Shown here: positions 22,301-34,699 of the stretch, piece after piece
Layout: the number at the start of each line of letters is the position of its first letter
How positions within the stretch are numbered: position 1 is the stretch's first letter
From: Amphiscolops sp. MND2022
Taxonomy: Eukaryota
Assembly: GCA_964187785.1 (NCBI GenBank)
Contig: OZ076409.1
Span: 310,001-374,000, forward strand
Length of the DNA: 64,000 nucleotides
Direction: 5' to 3'
Notes under the pieces: generated by a model
What the model saw: the letters and a program-made list of their open reading frames with translations, nothing else
Told to the model about the DNA's origin: nothing
The model's database searches: none
Translations under genes and position numbers: made by a program

Positions 22301-25300
22301 TTTTTGAGAAACTTTCGCGGCAAGACTCGTCTCCCTTTCTAGTGGTTCTCATGCGTGATTCGCAAGCCGTGGGTCATGGGTTCTAATCATGTCTAAAATA
22401 GAATGAAGAGTTTTTCAGAGATTTTTGAGCCATCCTTAAAAACTCTGCGCTACTTGGGTCCTAACTGTTATAGAAAGTGTCAAACGTTTCAATTTGCCAA
22501 CACTTTAATCAAGTGTCGTAGGTTTTTGAACTTTTCTGGCACGCATGGTCACAGTGTCAAGGAACAAACAAAAGTGAGATAGGGTTTTGTTAGGAGAAAT
22601 AGCAAAGAGGCACGTTTTTGCAAGTTTTGTACAATATTTGCATGTTTGCGTATGAAGATTCCATTGAATAATAATTTCGAACAATTAGCTATAGCTAATA
22701 GTATATTTATCAACTTTTCATAGAAATTTTTGGAGTTTTTCTCGAGAAAATGCGTAACTGAACTGGTGTTGAAGCATACGTTTCAAGTTTGAGTCTCTCT
22801 CAACTCAATTTTGTTGAGCTCTGAGCTAGAAATGCATGCATAGTTTATTGATATGGTCGTGACAAAAATATTTAAGGCGGAGAATCGTGAAATAAGGAAA
22901 AGAAAGACATTATTATTTTCGCTGTGCCAGTACAGTTGTAGGGTCTCCCAAATGGGCTGTAGCCTTTGTTGTGTGTAGGCAGAATGAACGAAGGCCCCAG
23001 TGGACCAGCGCCGCAGCTGCGCGTGAAAGGAGTGACGTCACAGGATAGGGGTCACGTGGACAGAGTGGACAGCCTGCAGGAGTTCGGGATGGAGAGCGAG
23101 GCGCTGGTTGGTAGTAGTAGTAGAAGTAGAAGTAGAAGGACACCGTACTGTTAGCACGTGACACTGTATGTACTGTGTGTACTCCGTTGTGTTGCAGGTG
23201 ATGGAGCTGCTGAGTCAGCTGCTGGGCACGAGGTCCACCACCGCCATCCAGACCTGGCTCTGCAACGCCACAGAAAAAGGTACCACCACCACCACCACTA
23301 CTGCTACTGCTACTACATGTATTATTACTGCCACTAATCACACACTAATCACTGCTCCATTGATCCATGCACTCCCTCGCCATACATACAGTACTATGAA
23401 AAAGAAATGGGGCTAAGTTAAAAACATTCAACTGCATAACCTCATGAAAATATCGAAATAATATTATCTACTTAAGTAAAACTTTGAAGCTTTGAATTTC
23501 GGGCGAAACCTCAACAGATTTTTTATTGACTTGGAAATGTTTTGTACATATTCGTCAGGAATTGCGTAAAATTCTTCAAGAGCAAAAGTTTCCAAGTCTT
23601 CCGAAGTTTTGGGGGTGTCGCTAGCGCTCCTACAATCATCCTCTGGTGCTGCTTGCAGAATGAAGACCGCACGCGGATGACAGGGTTCTGTATAGAAAAC
23701 TGATCAAAAATACAAGGCCTAATGTTGTTCAGGAAACCAATTCATACTAAATGGGCAAAGCGGAGAAGATGGTAGATTCCAAAACTAAGACCGTTCTCTG
23801 CAAACCAGGGACGACCAATCAGCAGTACACTAGCTGCTCAAGACTTCAACGGAGAACCATACTCCACTGGGCCACCAAGAGACTCGTGTGGACATCAAAA
23901 CTTTGCAGGAACCTGGAAGACTTGCGACTGGATTTCCGGACAGAAGCAGTGATTGCTCAAATACAGTGTCCCTCGTAAATTTGTCACGCAAACTGCTAGA
24001 CGAAACCAGCGTATGGGTGTTAACAGCGTTTATAATTACAAACGAACAACTTAAGTCAGTTCCAAAAGACGTTTCTGAGAACTGGCAGGAAGTCAAATAA
24101 AGGAAAATATCGGTAAAGAGAAATTTGTTCTTTCATAGATTCCACCCAAAGTGAAAGGAGAAGAGAATAGAATAAAATAAACATGTCTAATTGACAATTT
24201 GAAGGTGATCTAAAATTGAACACCGAGTTTGAACCTGAGTTTGTCGTACTGACTAGAGTAACAGGAACCAACCCAAGCAGATCAAAGCTTAGCACAAGCC
24301 AATCCGGACCTACGTTACAATAATATGCCATTCTGTATAGCCAGTACAGGGAAAAACCGAAAACCGCCTTAATACGAGAACGATGGGATCTGTATCACAA
24401 AAGGATGAAGATGGTATTGAAGCAACTAGTCCGCACAATGCAACTAGCCACCTTCTATTGGGCCATTCACAAATGTCATAACGCTTGCGGCTACAATCCA
24501 CTCTGCACCAGTCATTGACTGTAATGACCTCCCACTTGGGTCATTTCATTCAATTCCGTTGGTCTGGACGTGGCGGCCATATTCTCAGGGTTGGTTTCGT
24601 TTGTTTCCGGAATTGTAGTCCCGGGCACTCTGCCGGAAAACGTATCGTTTTTGGAATATAGGTTTTCTATCATCTTGAGGATTTCTCTTTGATTTGTTTC
24701 AGTTTCTTTTATTATCCTACTGACCGACATTTCAACCTTTTCGGAGATTTCAGAGAAATCTTTGTCCGAAATGCTTGCGAAGTTTTCAGTCCTCAGACTC
24801 GCAGCCTCGGGCTCGTCCAGTGAACTAGTTAAAGATTCTCTTCTAGCCTTTCTTTTGGATGATCTTTCAGGCATTCTATTTCTCACTTTCATTTAGTTCT
24901 GGAGTTTTAAGTTTCAATTCTCTTTCAAAAGTGGAAAATTGGAGGTTTTGAACAGTTTAATTAGTTCTTTTGATTCAACAAGGAAAAAACGAGTTGACGT
25001 TTTGTTCAACAAGGAACAAAAACGATATCAAATCAAATGTACGAGTTTGCAAATTTTCGAATGATCACAACACAAAATTAACAGGTATTTATACCTTTCG
25101 CCCATCAAACCCCGGAAATTGCACGCGCACCCTTCATGTCTTGTTCAGTCCGGCGCCTTTCCAAGGCGGAGAAAGCGGAAGCTCCGATCACCTCCGCCTA
25201 ACTCAGACTCTCAGTTTGTTCATGCTTCCCGGGGAAAGCATGCTTCCCGTCTGAGTTGCGGCTTTGCTTCTCTTCGCCTCCAACTCCTGCCTCTTAGAGA

Positions 25301-28300
25301 CGCCCAAACTGAACTTAGCCAAGGAATTACGCGCGTGATTCAACAAGCGCTTTTTTGTGAAAAAGGAAAAAATAAAATACACCATGACACTCAATATACA
25401 AAAAGGAAATAATCCTTTCCTAATTAAATTTAAACAATTTTAACAAGCATTCTGAACTTCAAACGACACAATTTCGCCTGATTTCAAGAGCATTTCCGGG
25501 TATAAAATCATTAGGTTACCCAAATCTCAGGTCCAGACAGTGGCCTGAGGCAATCAACTGTTCAAACAACATTTACATGCATATTTCTTATTTCAAAAGT
25601 ATATGATAAACACGAAAACATCCAAAACAAAATGTTTAAGTACATTGTTTAGTCGAAAATAATACTGGTTTAGCATCAATGCAGCAAATTCTTTCTTCCA
25701 AAGTATTTGAAGAATCTTCATTTTAGACCGCGTCCTGGGACGTGGTACATAACCTTTATATATTTATCACAAATATATCATTTATTTAGGACAATTACAT
25801 CGAAGCCGTCACTTCAATTATTCATTTAACACTTTGACAAGTTTACACAGAATCATTGGTAGCGTATTTGCTGTTAAATAATAATGTAAAGCACATTTCG
25901 TTCTGACGCCGCCTGCCAGGCCACGGGACTGCTTTTCTAAGTTTCAGGCCGTTTGCCAGGCCGCGTTCTGCGTTCGTTTAATAATCGTATAGCTCCGTTT
26001 TAATTCTATTAGCTATCAATTAGCTTTGTTCTCTGTTGTTGATTTTTGCAGAGTAATGTATACTTGTTAACTGACTATTATATTTAAAAATTATTATGAA
26101 TATTTTAGCTCCGTTGTTGTATTTTTAGAATGACATATTGGTTGTTTATTGTTTTGCCTACTGTTTCTTTCTTCTTTCCTCTCTTTTATTCTCATTTTCT
26201 TTCTCCAAAGACTGAGCTCGGCTTCTTGAAGTGTTCACAGCTAAGCTGGGACTGTGACACTGACAGCTACAAACCCCGATCAACCGGACTGACAAAGTTG
26301 GCGTTAATCAGTCGTTATTCTTACGACGTCCGGGCATTTGGTTGTCATTTGGTTCAATGGTTAACCTTTAGTCAGAAAAGAGAAAGGAGAAATAAATATC
26401 AGAATTAACACGTCTCATTCAATATTTTATGTTAGCTACAATAATTTAGAACCTGCCGAGGAATGTTATTAATTTATGTTGTTATGTTGTTAGTGAAACA
26501 TTTGATATAGAAATCAGATGAACACACAATAAAGTATTAGAGTTGAATTGATTTCGCAAGACTGTCATGGCTCCCTAATGGTTTTTCAACAATAGCAGTG
26601 AATTGTTTTCGACTCATATTTCGAGATGAAAACGAAATTGCAAAGCGAGCGGCTTTTCTACTTTGGCTTGATCTAGTTTTTTCGACCATTTTTTCAGAGG
26701 ATCTTCCATGGAGTTAAACTAGCAAGGGAAAAGATTTCAATTAATTGAGCGTTTGGAAATGTTTGAAACTTTTGAAAGTGTCCAAAGACACTCCAAAAGG
26801 ACTTCATTGATATTGAAATCTTCAAACAGTTTGTATTTTTATGCGAGTATATATATCCTTTGGTCATGTCTTGAAAGTTGATTTACTACTTTTTCCTATG
26901 GAATAATTGGATAATTGTAGCCATCGCACCTTGTAAATGCTCAACTATCACAGTGACTAGTTTTTCTCCAGGGCTCACACAGAACAATAAATTTTTGAGA
27001 AACTTTCGCGGCAAGACTCGTCTCCCTTTCTAGTGGTTCTCATGCGTGATTCGCAAGCTGTGGGTCATGGGTTCTAATCATGTCTAAAATAGAATGAAGA
27101 GTTTTTCAGAGATTTTTGAGCCATCCTTAAAAACTCGCTACTTGGGTCCTAACTGATATAGAAAGTGTCAAACGTTTCAATTTGCCAACACTTTAATCAA
27201 GTGTCGTAGGTTCTTGAACTTTTCTGGCACGCATGGCCACAGTGTTAAGGAACAAACAAAAGTGAGATAGGGTGTTGTTAGGAGAAATAGCAAAGAGGCA
27301 CGTTTTTGCAAGTTTTGTACAATATTTGCATGTTTGCGTATGAAGATTCCATTGAATATTAATTTCGAACAATTAGCTATAGCTAATAGTATATTTATCA
27401 ACATTTCATAGAAATTTTTGGAGTTTTTCTCGAGAAAATGCGTAACTGAACTGGTGTTGAAGCATACGTTTCAAGTTTGAGTCTCTCTCAACTCAATTTT
27501 GTTGAGCTCTGAGCTAGAAATGCATGCATAGTTTATTGATATGGTCGTGACAAAAATATTTAAGGCGGAGAATCGTGAAATAAGGAAAAGAAAGACATTA
27601 TTATTTTCGCTGTGCCAGTACAGTTGTAGGGTCTCCCAAATGGGCTGTAGCCTTTGTTGTGTGTAGGCAGAATGAACGAAGGCCCCAGTGGACCAGCGCC
27701 GCAGCTGCGCGTGAAAGGAGTGACGTCACAGGATAGGGGTCACGTGGACAGAGTGGACAGCCTGCAGGAGTTCGGGATGGAGAGCGAGGCGCTGGTTGGT
27801 AGTAGTAGTAGAAGTAGAAGTAGAAGGACACCGTACTGTTAGCACGTGACACTGTATGTACTGTGTGTACTCCGTTGTGTTGCAGGTGATGGAGCTGCTG
27901 AGTCAGCTGCTGGGCACGAGGTCCACCACCGCCATCCAGACCTGGCTCTGCAACGCCACAGAAAAAGGTACAACCACCACCACCACTACTGCTACTGCTA
28001 CTACATGTATTATTACTGCCACTAATCACACACTAAAACATTCAACTGCATAACCTCATGAAAATATCGAAATAATATTATCTACCTAAGTAAAACTTTG
28101 AAGCTTTGAATATCAACAGATTTTTCATTGACTTGGAAATGTTTTGTAAATATTCGCCAGGAATTGCGTAAAATTCTTCAAGAGCAAAAGTTTCCAAGTT
28201 TTCCAAAGTTTTGGGGGTGTCGCTTCGCAACTTTGCCCTTAAGAATTAAACACCAAAGTTTTGATATTGAGATCTGGTGAGTTTGGTAACCAGTTTTAAA

Positions 28301-31300
28301 GACCTACAGCACCGTTTTGGAGAAACCATGTTGATGTTTCCGCCGATTTGTAAGCTCCAACATTTTACTCAAAAACAAATTAGGAGGCAAATGAGAGGCC
28401 AAAATGTCGGTATAAACGCTTGCGTTGACACGATACTCCTCTTTTGCCAATTTTCTTTCACCTGATTCTTAGATGAAACTTCAAAACATCATTTTTTCTC
28501 GCCAAATTTAGCATGAATGTTGAGCCGCAAATTTTTGCCAACAAAAGAATTTGCCAACAAAATTGCCAGTAGAAGTCAATTTTTGTTTAGCCCAACACTT
28601 TTTGAAAATTAATTTCTGCTCACAATTGTCCAAAATTTGAGTTCTTACTATTTTCTGGTAAATTTTCTAGGGTCGTTGGGTCCTTTCTGAATCGTTGTAT
28701 TATGTTATGTATGGTAGATCTATGATTTTTCAATGATTTTGAGATGAAATTCTTCAATTTTGCTTAGTGATATTGAAGTACAATATAAAATTGTTGTTAC
28801 GGTTTGTTGTCACAATTGTTGTGGTTTGAAGCATATTGTAAATTAAATGATTACCAGCGTCTATTATATCGAGCAAGGAGGGGAGGCCATGTCAAATAAA
28901 TCCTTGATACTTTATTTATTTAGGCAACAAAAGGAAGGTAAAATTGGAGAGTCCCATTACTTTATCACAGCCTTATGTTCCATTTCGTTATCCCAGCACT
29001 GTACATGTACAAAAGTGTAACAAAAGAACTAAACCCTTATTTGTAAGAAATAATTTGGACTGCGTATAAACAAAGCTCGCATTTTACGTGATGATTTGTT
29101 TCAATCTCTACTTTGCTCAATAATTTGAGGTACTGGAAAGTCAAAAAGTGCAACCGCTTTAGTTAGCAGATTCTCCTTATATTAATTTTTTTGGTAAAAA
29201 AATCTAAAACCGGAAACATGATCCCCCACCTTCGCGAAAAATAGATGTGTTTCACGTAATAAGATATTAAATGAAATGAAATAAAAAAAACCCTCTTCAA
29301 AAAGTATATAATGCCAATTATCTTGATGTATAATATATGTTGTACTAATATATGTTGTATAATATATAATGTACTACACAAACAACCTCAACTTAGATTC
29401 ACTCCTACATGTATCTTGTATGGCCGGCCATTTGGAGGACTTACTGTTAAATTAACCACTTTGTTTGTTTCCTTATTTGCCAATTTTCGGGTTTCTCCGT
29501 TTTTTTAAAGGAAATGAATAACAGTAAAACGTGATTTTTGGAATGCCGCTAAGAGTGATTGTTTCAGTCGTGCAGATTAATAATATGCTGTTGTTTGGTT
29601 TCTACTTCAAGTAAAGTCCGACCAGTCCGTCATTTGAATGATTCAAAAAGTTGCTTCCATTAGAGTGTAGAAAATTTAGAGTGCCATGAAAAATTTGACA
29701 TGTTCAATCTCCAAAAATGGAATTAAAAACCACCCCTCGGTTAGGTAAGATACAAACTTCCATGAAAGAAAAAATCAAGTTCTTTTATTGGTAATAAAAC
29801 CGTTTCGTGTCACAAGGCTCTCTCGTTCTATCTCGGGGAGGAGTGAACCGATGTCATCACATGAAGGTCTCGGCGGTGAGTGTGTGGCGGTTTAGAGATG
29901 ACAAACTATACATTCAGTGTACTTCCATAAAGAGATTTTTTACTTCCAATTGGAGTCGTGCCTCTAGACAACAAACACTTTTGTTTGCTCTCACAAAGGT
30001 AGCCAAATAGTTTCCCGAATTTTTTTGACAATGTACTCAAAATTAAGTCCTCCTCAAATGTTATCTCAACTGGCAAGGGCATAAACAGTACACGTTCACA
30101 TTGAAGGGATTCCCTTCTTAACGCAACATTTCAACACAACTTCAGCTTGTAGAAAACATACTCAAAATGCGTTGGACTCGAAAAGCGTTTCAGGTAATAA
30201 GTTACATCAAACGGGTTCATCTTTTTCACCGCGGTGTTTGTTCATTTTTCGTGAGAGAATTTTTGAGCGATTTTACGTAGCTGGTGATTGAAGAAACTTT
30301 TGTTGCGACAGAAACACTTTTTTAAGATTTGACCTTGAAAATCATGAAAAATATAGTTGTGTGAATAATGACATTAGTGGGTAAAATACTTCCAAAAAAG
30401 TTGCACATTGCCATCGATAGTAAGGGGAGCCCAACTCTTTGTTGTCTTCCGTGTTTTCGTTCGAAGCGTGAATGAATGGAAAAGGGGGCCGGACCCTTTA
30501 GCACTTCTGGACTCACTCTAGGTCTTACGCTGTTTAAAAAGTGGGTAAATTTTCTTGGAAATCGCATGGCGTTGGAAACCCCCCAAGCGGAGAGTCTTCG
30601 GTCTAGTCTCTTCTTGCAAACATTAGCGCACCTTGGCCACGCCGGTCCGAGTCGATGCACACGTGCGCTAACGACGAGGAAAAGTGGAAGAAAGACCTTT
30701 CCATAAATCTAGTATTTCGAGGCAAAATCAGTTGGAAAACTGCTTTGAAATGAACATTTGCTCCATCTAAAACAATCAAAAATGAAGCATAGATGCACTG
30801 AGCAAGTATTTGAATGAGTCTCAGAGTGTCGAAACTAAGAGAGGCATTCTCAGGTCTCATCTAGCGCTGTAATAAAAGACGTGAAAGCCAAACAGGCACA
30901 CTCATCAACAACAAAATAGCACAGCCTACCCACTGCATATAAAGATTCTCATCCTATGTTTCTGAGCGCCCAATCTTACAAGTAAGTAATCCCTTACAAG
31001 AAGCTTTCCAAGATCTTTTTGAAGTGAAAAATTGAGAAACGGAAGAGCGACTACAGAAAAAGAAATAATTGAATAAAAAATTTTTGCATCATTCATCTGA
31101 ATTAGAACTTGTTTCGAGCTGGAATTACACCATTTTTTCTAGTTTTTCACTGGAATAAAAATGATGATGATGATGAATAAGAAAACAAATTTGGATCCAA
31201 CGCCCAGGATTTTTTCTGTGCATTCGACCATGCAAACGCGTTTATTAATGGCCGTGGTCGCTTGCGGTTTCCAGCGGACGTCTTGGTAAGCGAAGTGCAG

Positions 31301-33166
31301 CAGGAAAAGACCGCGAGGGGGGAGCGAAGTGATCGAAACAGGATCCGGTTTTTCTACCGACGAGGCCGAGTGTTCATACAACAGCTACATTTGTGATTTC
31401 TGCTGTCTGTGCGAACATCATTTCAACACGCTAGCGCTCCTACAATCATTCTCGTGATGTTTTCACCTCGAAACCCAGGCGTTCGATCACAGGCGTCAAA
31501 TTTTAGGCTAAAACATTCCGGGCGTCTCCCGAAATTGTGAAATCGTGGGCACTTGTTAGATCCTTTTATTTTTGAAATTGTAATCTGGACATTGAATTCT
31601 TTCAGCTACTCTCGAAAAACACATGTTAGTCCTGTCCATTCAATCAAGTCCTTATTCCATTAGTGTTCAGAGAGCAACCCAAAAATAAGTCCTTGATCAT
31701 CAGTCAAAATTCCGGTCTCCCGTGGAAGATCAGTTTTCATGTTCGTTTGAGCAAAATCAAAATTGACATTTGAAAATGCCAAGTTCCTTTTTCATCATCG
31801 TTCTGCTCACGTCTTTTTGAAACTACTTTGCGTTAATAACGAGCTTCTGTATTGTGCATGAAAATTGGAACAGCTTCGTTCCTGTGACCGTCCTCCGTGT
31901 ACAGACAAAAGCGCCCCAATGCAAAACGTCTTTTTAATTTTTGAGTTGATTCCACCGCCTCTAATTAAGCTGAATGGAATGTGTTCAAAAACAAAATCAA
32001 CTCACTGGTAATGCCAGATTTCACGTTCTCACACCTAACCAATTTCAATTGAAAAGGATCCAAACTGCTAATTTTGGCTTTTCTGAACGAACTATATCAA
32101 TTTGTTAATGAATCAATTTGTCAACACACTGGTTTCATATGAAATACTGATAATCAGGGACCGGATAAAAGTTGCTAAAAAATCCCGAAATAGTTAGTTA
32201 AATAGTTGCTTAAAACAAGCCAAATAATTGCTAAATTAGTTGCTAAAAACACAGTTTGATGATTCAAAAACTCTTATTTAAAGCGATTTATTGCAGTAAC
32301 AAAACAATCTTTGCGTTATCGAGTTTTCAGTCAAATTTTGCCGGTTATCCAAGAGAATTTGACTGTACATTGAGAAGGATCGTTCAACGTCACAACTCGT
32401 CAATGGCGCATATTTGGCTGATGCGCAGTCATTCGAGTCCCACGTCGATGTCCGCTACTCCCCTCAATGGGTGCTGCATCTTGAAGCTTTGAAAGTACTC
32501 TCTTCATTTCCGTGAGCCCAGTGTTGTTTCCCAAGACTTAGGCCAGTTTAGCCTTTCCGATTTCGTGATCCAGTGTGCCCTGAAGATCGGAAATAATCTT
32601 GAGCGAATCGTTGAGACTGAATTTTCCCTGCAGTTTTTGAAAAGACTCAACACGACCATGGTAGTTTGCGTTGGAACCAAGGAATGTTGGCATTCAGAAT
32701 GGCATTGCATAGATCTGCAGACTACTGACCGTACAATGTTTTCCTTACAATTTTCAAACTGCTTGGCAAACAATCGCATCCTCTCGTCAAATGTATCTGA
32801 AATAGTTTCTAAAACAAAAACCATGCAAAAAGTTCCTAACGGAAAAAGGTTCAAAATAGTTAACAACGAAAAATAGGTATTCAACTTTAATCCGGTCCCT
32901 GCTGATAATTTTCAAACTGGAGCGAGGAACTTAACGTTGGTGGTAGTAAAGAGTCAGCAAATCCTCTGTAGTCTTTCACTGGAGCTTTTGTCTGCTAACC
33001 CTGTCCTCATGTCAATAAATGTGGAAGTTGTGTCTCCGAACAGAACAATACATGTTTACTTATATTGTATGCAAGTGAGGGCTGTTTAGAGAAGGGAATC
33101 GTGGCCGAGCGAGTTCGCCAAGTGGTGGAAGAGGAGATGCACAGACGAGCAGAAGACACCCACTAG
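10376..33166 (+). CDS. TBATA/C4orf17 (SPATIAL)-family protein, 5'-partial; exons 10376-10480, 22979-23106, 23198-23279, (duplicate 27667-27794, 27886-27967), 33090-33166
   Basis: GC-rich exons with GT/AG sites and consistent phases (1,1,0,1) give ..PTWHTELTNLTHR..SRQTG|RMNEG..EAL|VMELLSQLLGTRSTTAIQTWLCNATEK|EKGIVAERVRQ..H*. This resembles the TBATA motif LELLCxILxTDxLxAIQxWLxxAxxKEK as I recall it. Additional exons may be missed. Confidence 0.7.
10761..12581 (-). mobile_element. hAT DNA transposon with decayed transposase (N-terminal BED/CGGBP1-like Zn finger)
   Basis: Perfect 13-bp TIR tagggatggcata / tatgccatcccta; perfect 8-bp TSD ttaatgac (10753-10760, 12582-12589). Frameshifted ORF pieces 10966-12330 contain CKHC..INHMNGKKH, WTSFDETTD, HVICVAHNINRV and VERVFS. 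Confidence 0.92.
12739..14190 (-). mobile_element. hAT DNA transposon, internally deleted
   Basis: TIR taggggggacca / tggttcccccta (11/12); perfect 8-bp TSD ctgatagc (12731-12738, 14191-14198). ORF 13717-14028 has CKLC..NHRACGVH; ORF 12903-13610 has HLTCLCHLLHN, TRWGTW, IERSFS; the first catalytic Asp region is missing. Confidence 0.92.
15523..17475 (-). mobile_element. Solo LTR (~1.95 kb) containing the start of a gag-like ORF
   Basis: TGTC...GACA termini; perfect 5-bp TSD gtacc (15518-15522, 17476-17480); minus-strand ORF MPTTRKQKKARK.. (ATG 16107, one frameshift) runs to the LTR end. Confidence 0.85.
19323..21065 (-). mobile_element. Solo LTR (~1.74 kb), second family, copy 1
   Basis: TGT...ACA termini; TSD ttgac / ctgac (4/5); minus-strand ORF MPERSSKRKARR.. 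(frameshifted in this copy) runs to the LTR end. Confidence 0.7.
21337..21830. mobile_element. Mutator-like MITE (494 bp)
   Basis: 9-bp TSD acacgcaat (21328-21336, 21831-21839); long TIRs built of aactcgtcgaaaa / ttttcgacgagtt units; empty site acacacaat at 26522-26530 in the duplicate copy. Confidence 0.92.
24520..26259 (-). mobile_element. Solo LTR, second family, copy 2 (from the tandem duplication)
   Basis: Same termini and TSD as 19323-21065; internal ORF 24512-24892 is uninterrupted here. Confidence 0.7.
29950..30760 (-). pseudogene. Possible highly decayed KDZ/Zisupton-like transposase remnant
   Basis: Scattered minus-strand peptides in the expected order (TIDGNVQL ~30400-30425, MNKHRGEK ~30220-30250, CPCQLR ~30065-30085) across several frames; weak. 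Confidence 0.3.
32155..32901 (-). mobile_element. Non-autonomous hAT element (747 bp)
   Basis: TIR cagggaccggataaaagttg / caactttaatccggtccctg (19/20); perfect 8-bp TSD ctgataat (32147-32154, 32902-32909). Confidence 0.9.
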
Positions 33167-34699
33167 AACAGAGGGGGAGAGAGGGAGACACAGCGAGGGG
33201 GAGGGGACGATGCTCCATACACACAAACAAACACCTATACAATGTACTGTAGTGTGATAGTGTGACTAATGTTTGACTCTCCTACCATTCGTGACAAAAG
33301 CTTCGGACGATAGAAGCAGCATTTTATAGTGAAAGAAGCCAAACAGTCCAAAAGTACCTCGTACTCGAAAGACCATCGAACAAACGTTTTCTTGACATTT
33401 CATTTAGAATGCAATTGAGTTTGACGCAAACTTCTACAATCAAAATTATGGGAATGTATGAGCAGAAAAGAAGAATCGGTTTGCGAAAAATTTCATACTT
33501 AATTTTTATACGAGTAATAGCTAATGAATACCCAAAAAAAAGTTTTTTCCTAATATAATCTAATACATTTTTCTCAATCGAGAGTACGGGCATTTTTCAC
33601 ACTAACGGCACTCTACTCAAGGCTGTTCAAATAATATGTGTCATTACATTAATTGACATTACATTAACTGTATTAATTGATTCTGGTTAAAGATACTAAT
33701 GCAATAAATGAATGCTGGCGTTTCAGATAATGTTTCCGTTATTGACCTTTATTGAAATTTGAACCAATCATATTTTAGCAAATTTGAATACCGCCCAACA
33801 GTATTCAAATTGAGCAAACAGTCATTTCACGGTTATTTTACATTTCATCTACAGTGGAGTCCGCTTAAACTGATATCGCTTAAAACGATAATCCGATTTA
33901 ACCGATCGCGTGTGAAAGTCCCGGATTATGTGATTATTATAATTTACTTATAATTTATTATTATATTGTCCGGGGACAGTCATTATAAAAGTGATTGTTG
34001 ATTGATCAAAATATGAAACATTTGACCTGAAATGGATTCCGCCCACTTCCAACAAAGCAGAGAGTCTCTTCAGTCGAGTACGTCATATTTTCACGGGCTA
34101 CAGAAAAAGCCTTTCTCCTGTCAACCTGGAAACGCAAATATTCCTGAATGTCAACAAGAAACATTGGAACGTTTTCACAGTTCAAGAATTTGTTTATTTC
34201 GTCGAATGAAAAACAATAATTATCAATGTCAATCAATAATTGTCAACATAGAACAATGATTGATGTGTGTGTGGTTCAATAATTGCAATAATTGCATTTA
34301 TTGATTGTTTTTGTTATGTATATAGCCTCAATTGATTGTTTTGATCAATAGTATTGTCAGTACAATAATGAACAGCCTTGACTCTAGTATTATTCTTTGG
34401 AACAACTTAGTTTTATTGAATCGTTGGTTGCCTGCCGTCCACAGAACAGTTGTCGTTCACTTTATACTGAATGCGTCGTGCAAGTTAGAAACAATCAATA
34501 AACATTGTCCCATTTACAGCTTAGTGTCACTGCGCAGTTTCATTTGCTTTTTAAATTGTATTCACTGCTTTTACTGAGATTCGATTGGAATTTGTAGAAA
34601 TAAAAGACAGCAAAACAACATTGCCTTTTAAAGTGTTCCGTGGGGTGTTCTTTTGGTTGAGATGTGACTAATGTAACTAACTCATGTAACTCATGTATC

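Larger units (their letters stand above)
18442..28224 (+). repeat. Tandem segmental duplication (copy 1 ~18442-23622, copy 2 ~23640-28224)
   Basis: Long near-identical colinear blocks (e.g. ORFs 18554/23751, 22966/27654). Copies differ by SNPs, a MITE in copy 1 and a ~75-bp indel near 23346-23420. Confidence 0.95.

Noticed and set aside
22913..23341. 142-aa minus-strand ORF, and its copy at 27601-28029
   Set aside because: Antisense of GC-rich host exons plus simple repeats.
33850..34240. Pogo-like TIR start and hAT dimerisation-like fragment
   Set aside because: Could not find matching opposite ends or TSDs; too fragmentary to delimit.
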